From NCBI GenBank assembly GCA_002269645.1, contig NIVC01000829.1, positions 186,001 through 250,000 of the forward strand: 64,000 nt of DNA, given 5' to 3'. The DNA comes from Macrostomum lignano. Lineage: Eukaryota. Below, in pieces: positions 62,638 to 64,000 of this stretch. Position 1 is the first letter of the stretch; the number at the start of each line of letters is the position of its first letter. The position numbers and the translations under genes were made by a program. Below the pieces are notes generated by a model. The model ran no database searches, was not told the origin of the DNA, and worked only from the letters and a program-made list of their open reading frames with translations.

Positions 62638-64000
62638 GAGACAGACAGATAGACAGACAGAAAGAAAGACAGACAAATAGATATACAATACATATCACAT
62701 AGGCTTTTGATCAATAAATGAAACAACAGAACAATTTACAAATCTAGGGTTCATTTGAAGGTCGAACCTTCCTGCATAAATGAGACAGGGAACTTCTTAA
62801 TTGCAGTTGTTTTTACTCAGGCGCACTTTTCTGAACTTAAACTACAAAAATTTCACCCCTAAGACAATTCCCTACACAACAAAATCAAGCCTTGAAACTA
62901 CAGTTGTCAAATCAGATCGAAAAGCCAGAGTGTGCATATGCGGACGTGTCTGAGCCACCCTGAGCAAGCCATAACAGATCTCAGACACTGCAAGAGTTGA
63001 AGGGAGAGAGACAGAGGAAACTTCTGCATCGAAGTACTATTATACGCACCTTGAGCTTAGGATGCTGTGGCAACAGGTGCCGATCTCCGTCAGGATACTC
63101 CAGCTGGATGGGATGCGGCGGCGGTGTGCACCAGACCCGGAGACAGGACGGATCGCTGCCCCACATGACGTCAGCAAAGATGCGATTAGCCAGAGCTAAG
63201 CCGCCATCCAAATACACAGCGGCCATGAAGGCTTCGAATGCATCGGAATAAGCGTGCATAAAAGTGGAATCCAGATAGAAATCCATGCCGTGCGCGTACT
63301 GCAGGTAGCAGTGCAGCCCCAGCCGCCTAGCCAGCAAGGCCAGGTGGGCATTCATCACCAATGACTGACGAAATGCGTCAAGATGACCTTCGCTAACCTC
63401 CGGCAAGATATAGAACAGGTGAGTAGTAACGATGAGTTCAACAACCGCGTCGCCAAGATACTCGAGTCGATCGTTGCCAAATATTGGCGATTTCTTCTCT
63501 AAAATACTTGGCAGCATGGACATGACGTTGACTGTGTAAGCTAAGCCGTGCTTTCTTGTTGCCTGGCGGATTTCTCGAACTTCGCCGTATTCTAACAGCC
63601 GGGGACCGCAATTCAGCATGCTGTTGAGCACGTGATCAGAGTTCAAGCCAAGAGTGGAACGAATCGATGACGGATGAGTCATGGCCTGATGGAACAGCGA
63701 TTTGTCCTTGAAGACGTAGCCAATGCGACTCTCTAAGGCTGAGATGCTTCGGTGAAGTCGACAGAAAGACAGAAAGTGCGGCAGCAACAAGGCGAACTGA
63801 GTCACATCCGGTCTGAGACCTGTGCGCCGGAAGCCTTCAGCGCTCATCTCTACCGTCACCTCGCGCCGCTTATCTGGCGCCTCTTCAACAACGCGCATTT
63901 TTTCGCGCAAATGCTGCAGCTTCTCTCTTTGCTCAGCGCCAACCCGTGGATTAAACACGATCATGTACTGTTCGCGAAAGTAGGACTTCAGCGTGCGCCG
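54928..64000 (-). CDS. DROSHA: Drosha (RNase III, Microprocessor catalytic subunit), 3' part; exons 63050->64000, 56832-56932, 54928-56086
   Basis: RIIIDa [13 protein letters not shown]...[10 protein letters not shown]; linker [14 protein letters not shown]; RIIIDb [10 protein letters not shown]...[10 protein letters not shown]; [30 protein letters not shown] followed by a dsRBD. These are Drosha-diagnostic. GT-AG introns with consistent phases (0, 2). The frame stays open to the window edge. Confidence 0.97.
56128..56510. repeat. Minisatellite, 21-bp unit AGGGCGATTCTGATTTAGCTT
   Basis: Direct reading. Confidence 0.95.
57050..57795. repeat. Minisatellite, 22-bp unit AGAGTGACAAGGATGCTTTCTT with higher-order blocks
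   Basis: Direct reading. Confidence 0.94.
58555..59170. repeat. Compound (TCTG)n/(TCTA)n microsatellite
   Basis: Direct reading. Confidence 0.97.
59870..60380. repeat. Second array of the 28-bp ACTGAGGATCTGGGAGGCTGGCCCAGCA minisatellite
   Basis: Direct reading. Confidence 0.97.
60880..61915. repeat. Minisatellite, 31-bp unit GAGACTCATACAGACAATTACAGACACCAAT with a 103-bp higher-order repeat
   Basis: GAGACTCGTA recurs at 61311, 61414 and 61517 (103-bp period). Confidence 0.95.
62400..62690. repeat. (CAGA)n microsatellite
   Basis: Direct reading. Confidence 0.95.

Overview
Eukaryotic (metazoan) genomic DNA. A free-living flatworm such as Macrostomum is my inference from the CAG-rich coding style, the nAChR subtype and the very high minisatellite load; it is not proven. 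I reconstructed five intron-containing genes by hand, all on the minus strand: a D2-like dopamine receptor (4 coding exons, 2899-16603), OPA3 (2 exons), an amnionless (AMN) homolog (5 exons), an alpha-type nicotinic acetylcholine receptor subunit with the Pro-Ala anion-selectivity motif (9 exons, with an apparent 1-nt frameshift in a G8 run), and the 3' part of Drosha (3 exons, running off the right edge). Roughly 35-40% of the window is tandem repeat (about 36 arrays), and most long ORFs in the supplied track are repeat artefacts. Mobile elements with target-site duplications: a Ty3/gypsy-type LTR with a tRNA-Leu PBS and an odd duplicated terminus (38698-39748), a hAT-type MITE (35851-36618), and an unclassified CCC-terminated MITE (25454-26077). 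There are also a mariner remnant and two tRNA-like heads. No prokaryotic features or CRISPR. Most interesting: the LTR architecture and its CRE/MEF2/AP-1/FOX motif cluster inside an ACh-receptor intron, the predicted ACh-gated chloride channel and its frameshift, a possible AMN isoform lacking the endocytic motif, and recurring cores (TTAGGG, GGTGAGA) shared by unrelated minisatellites.
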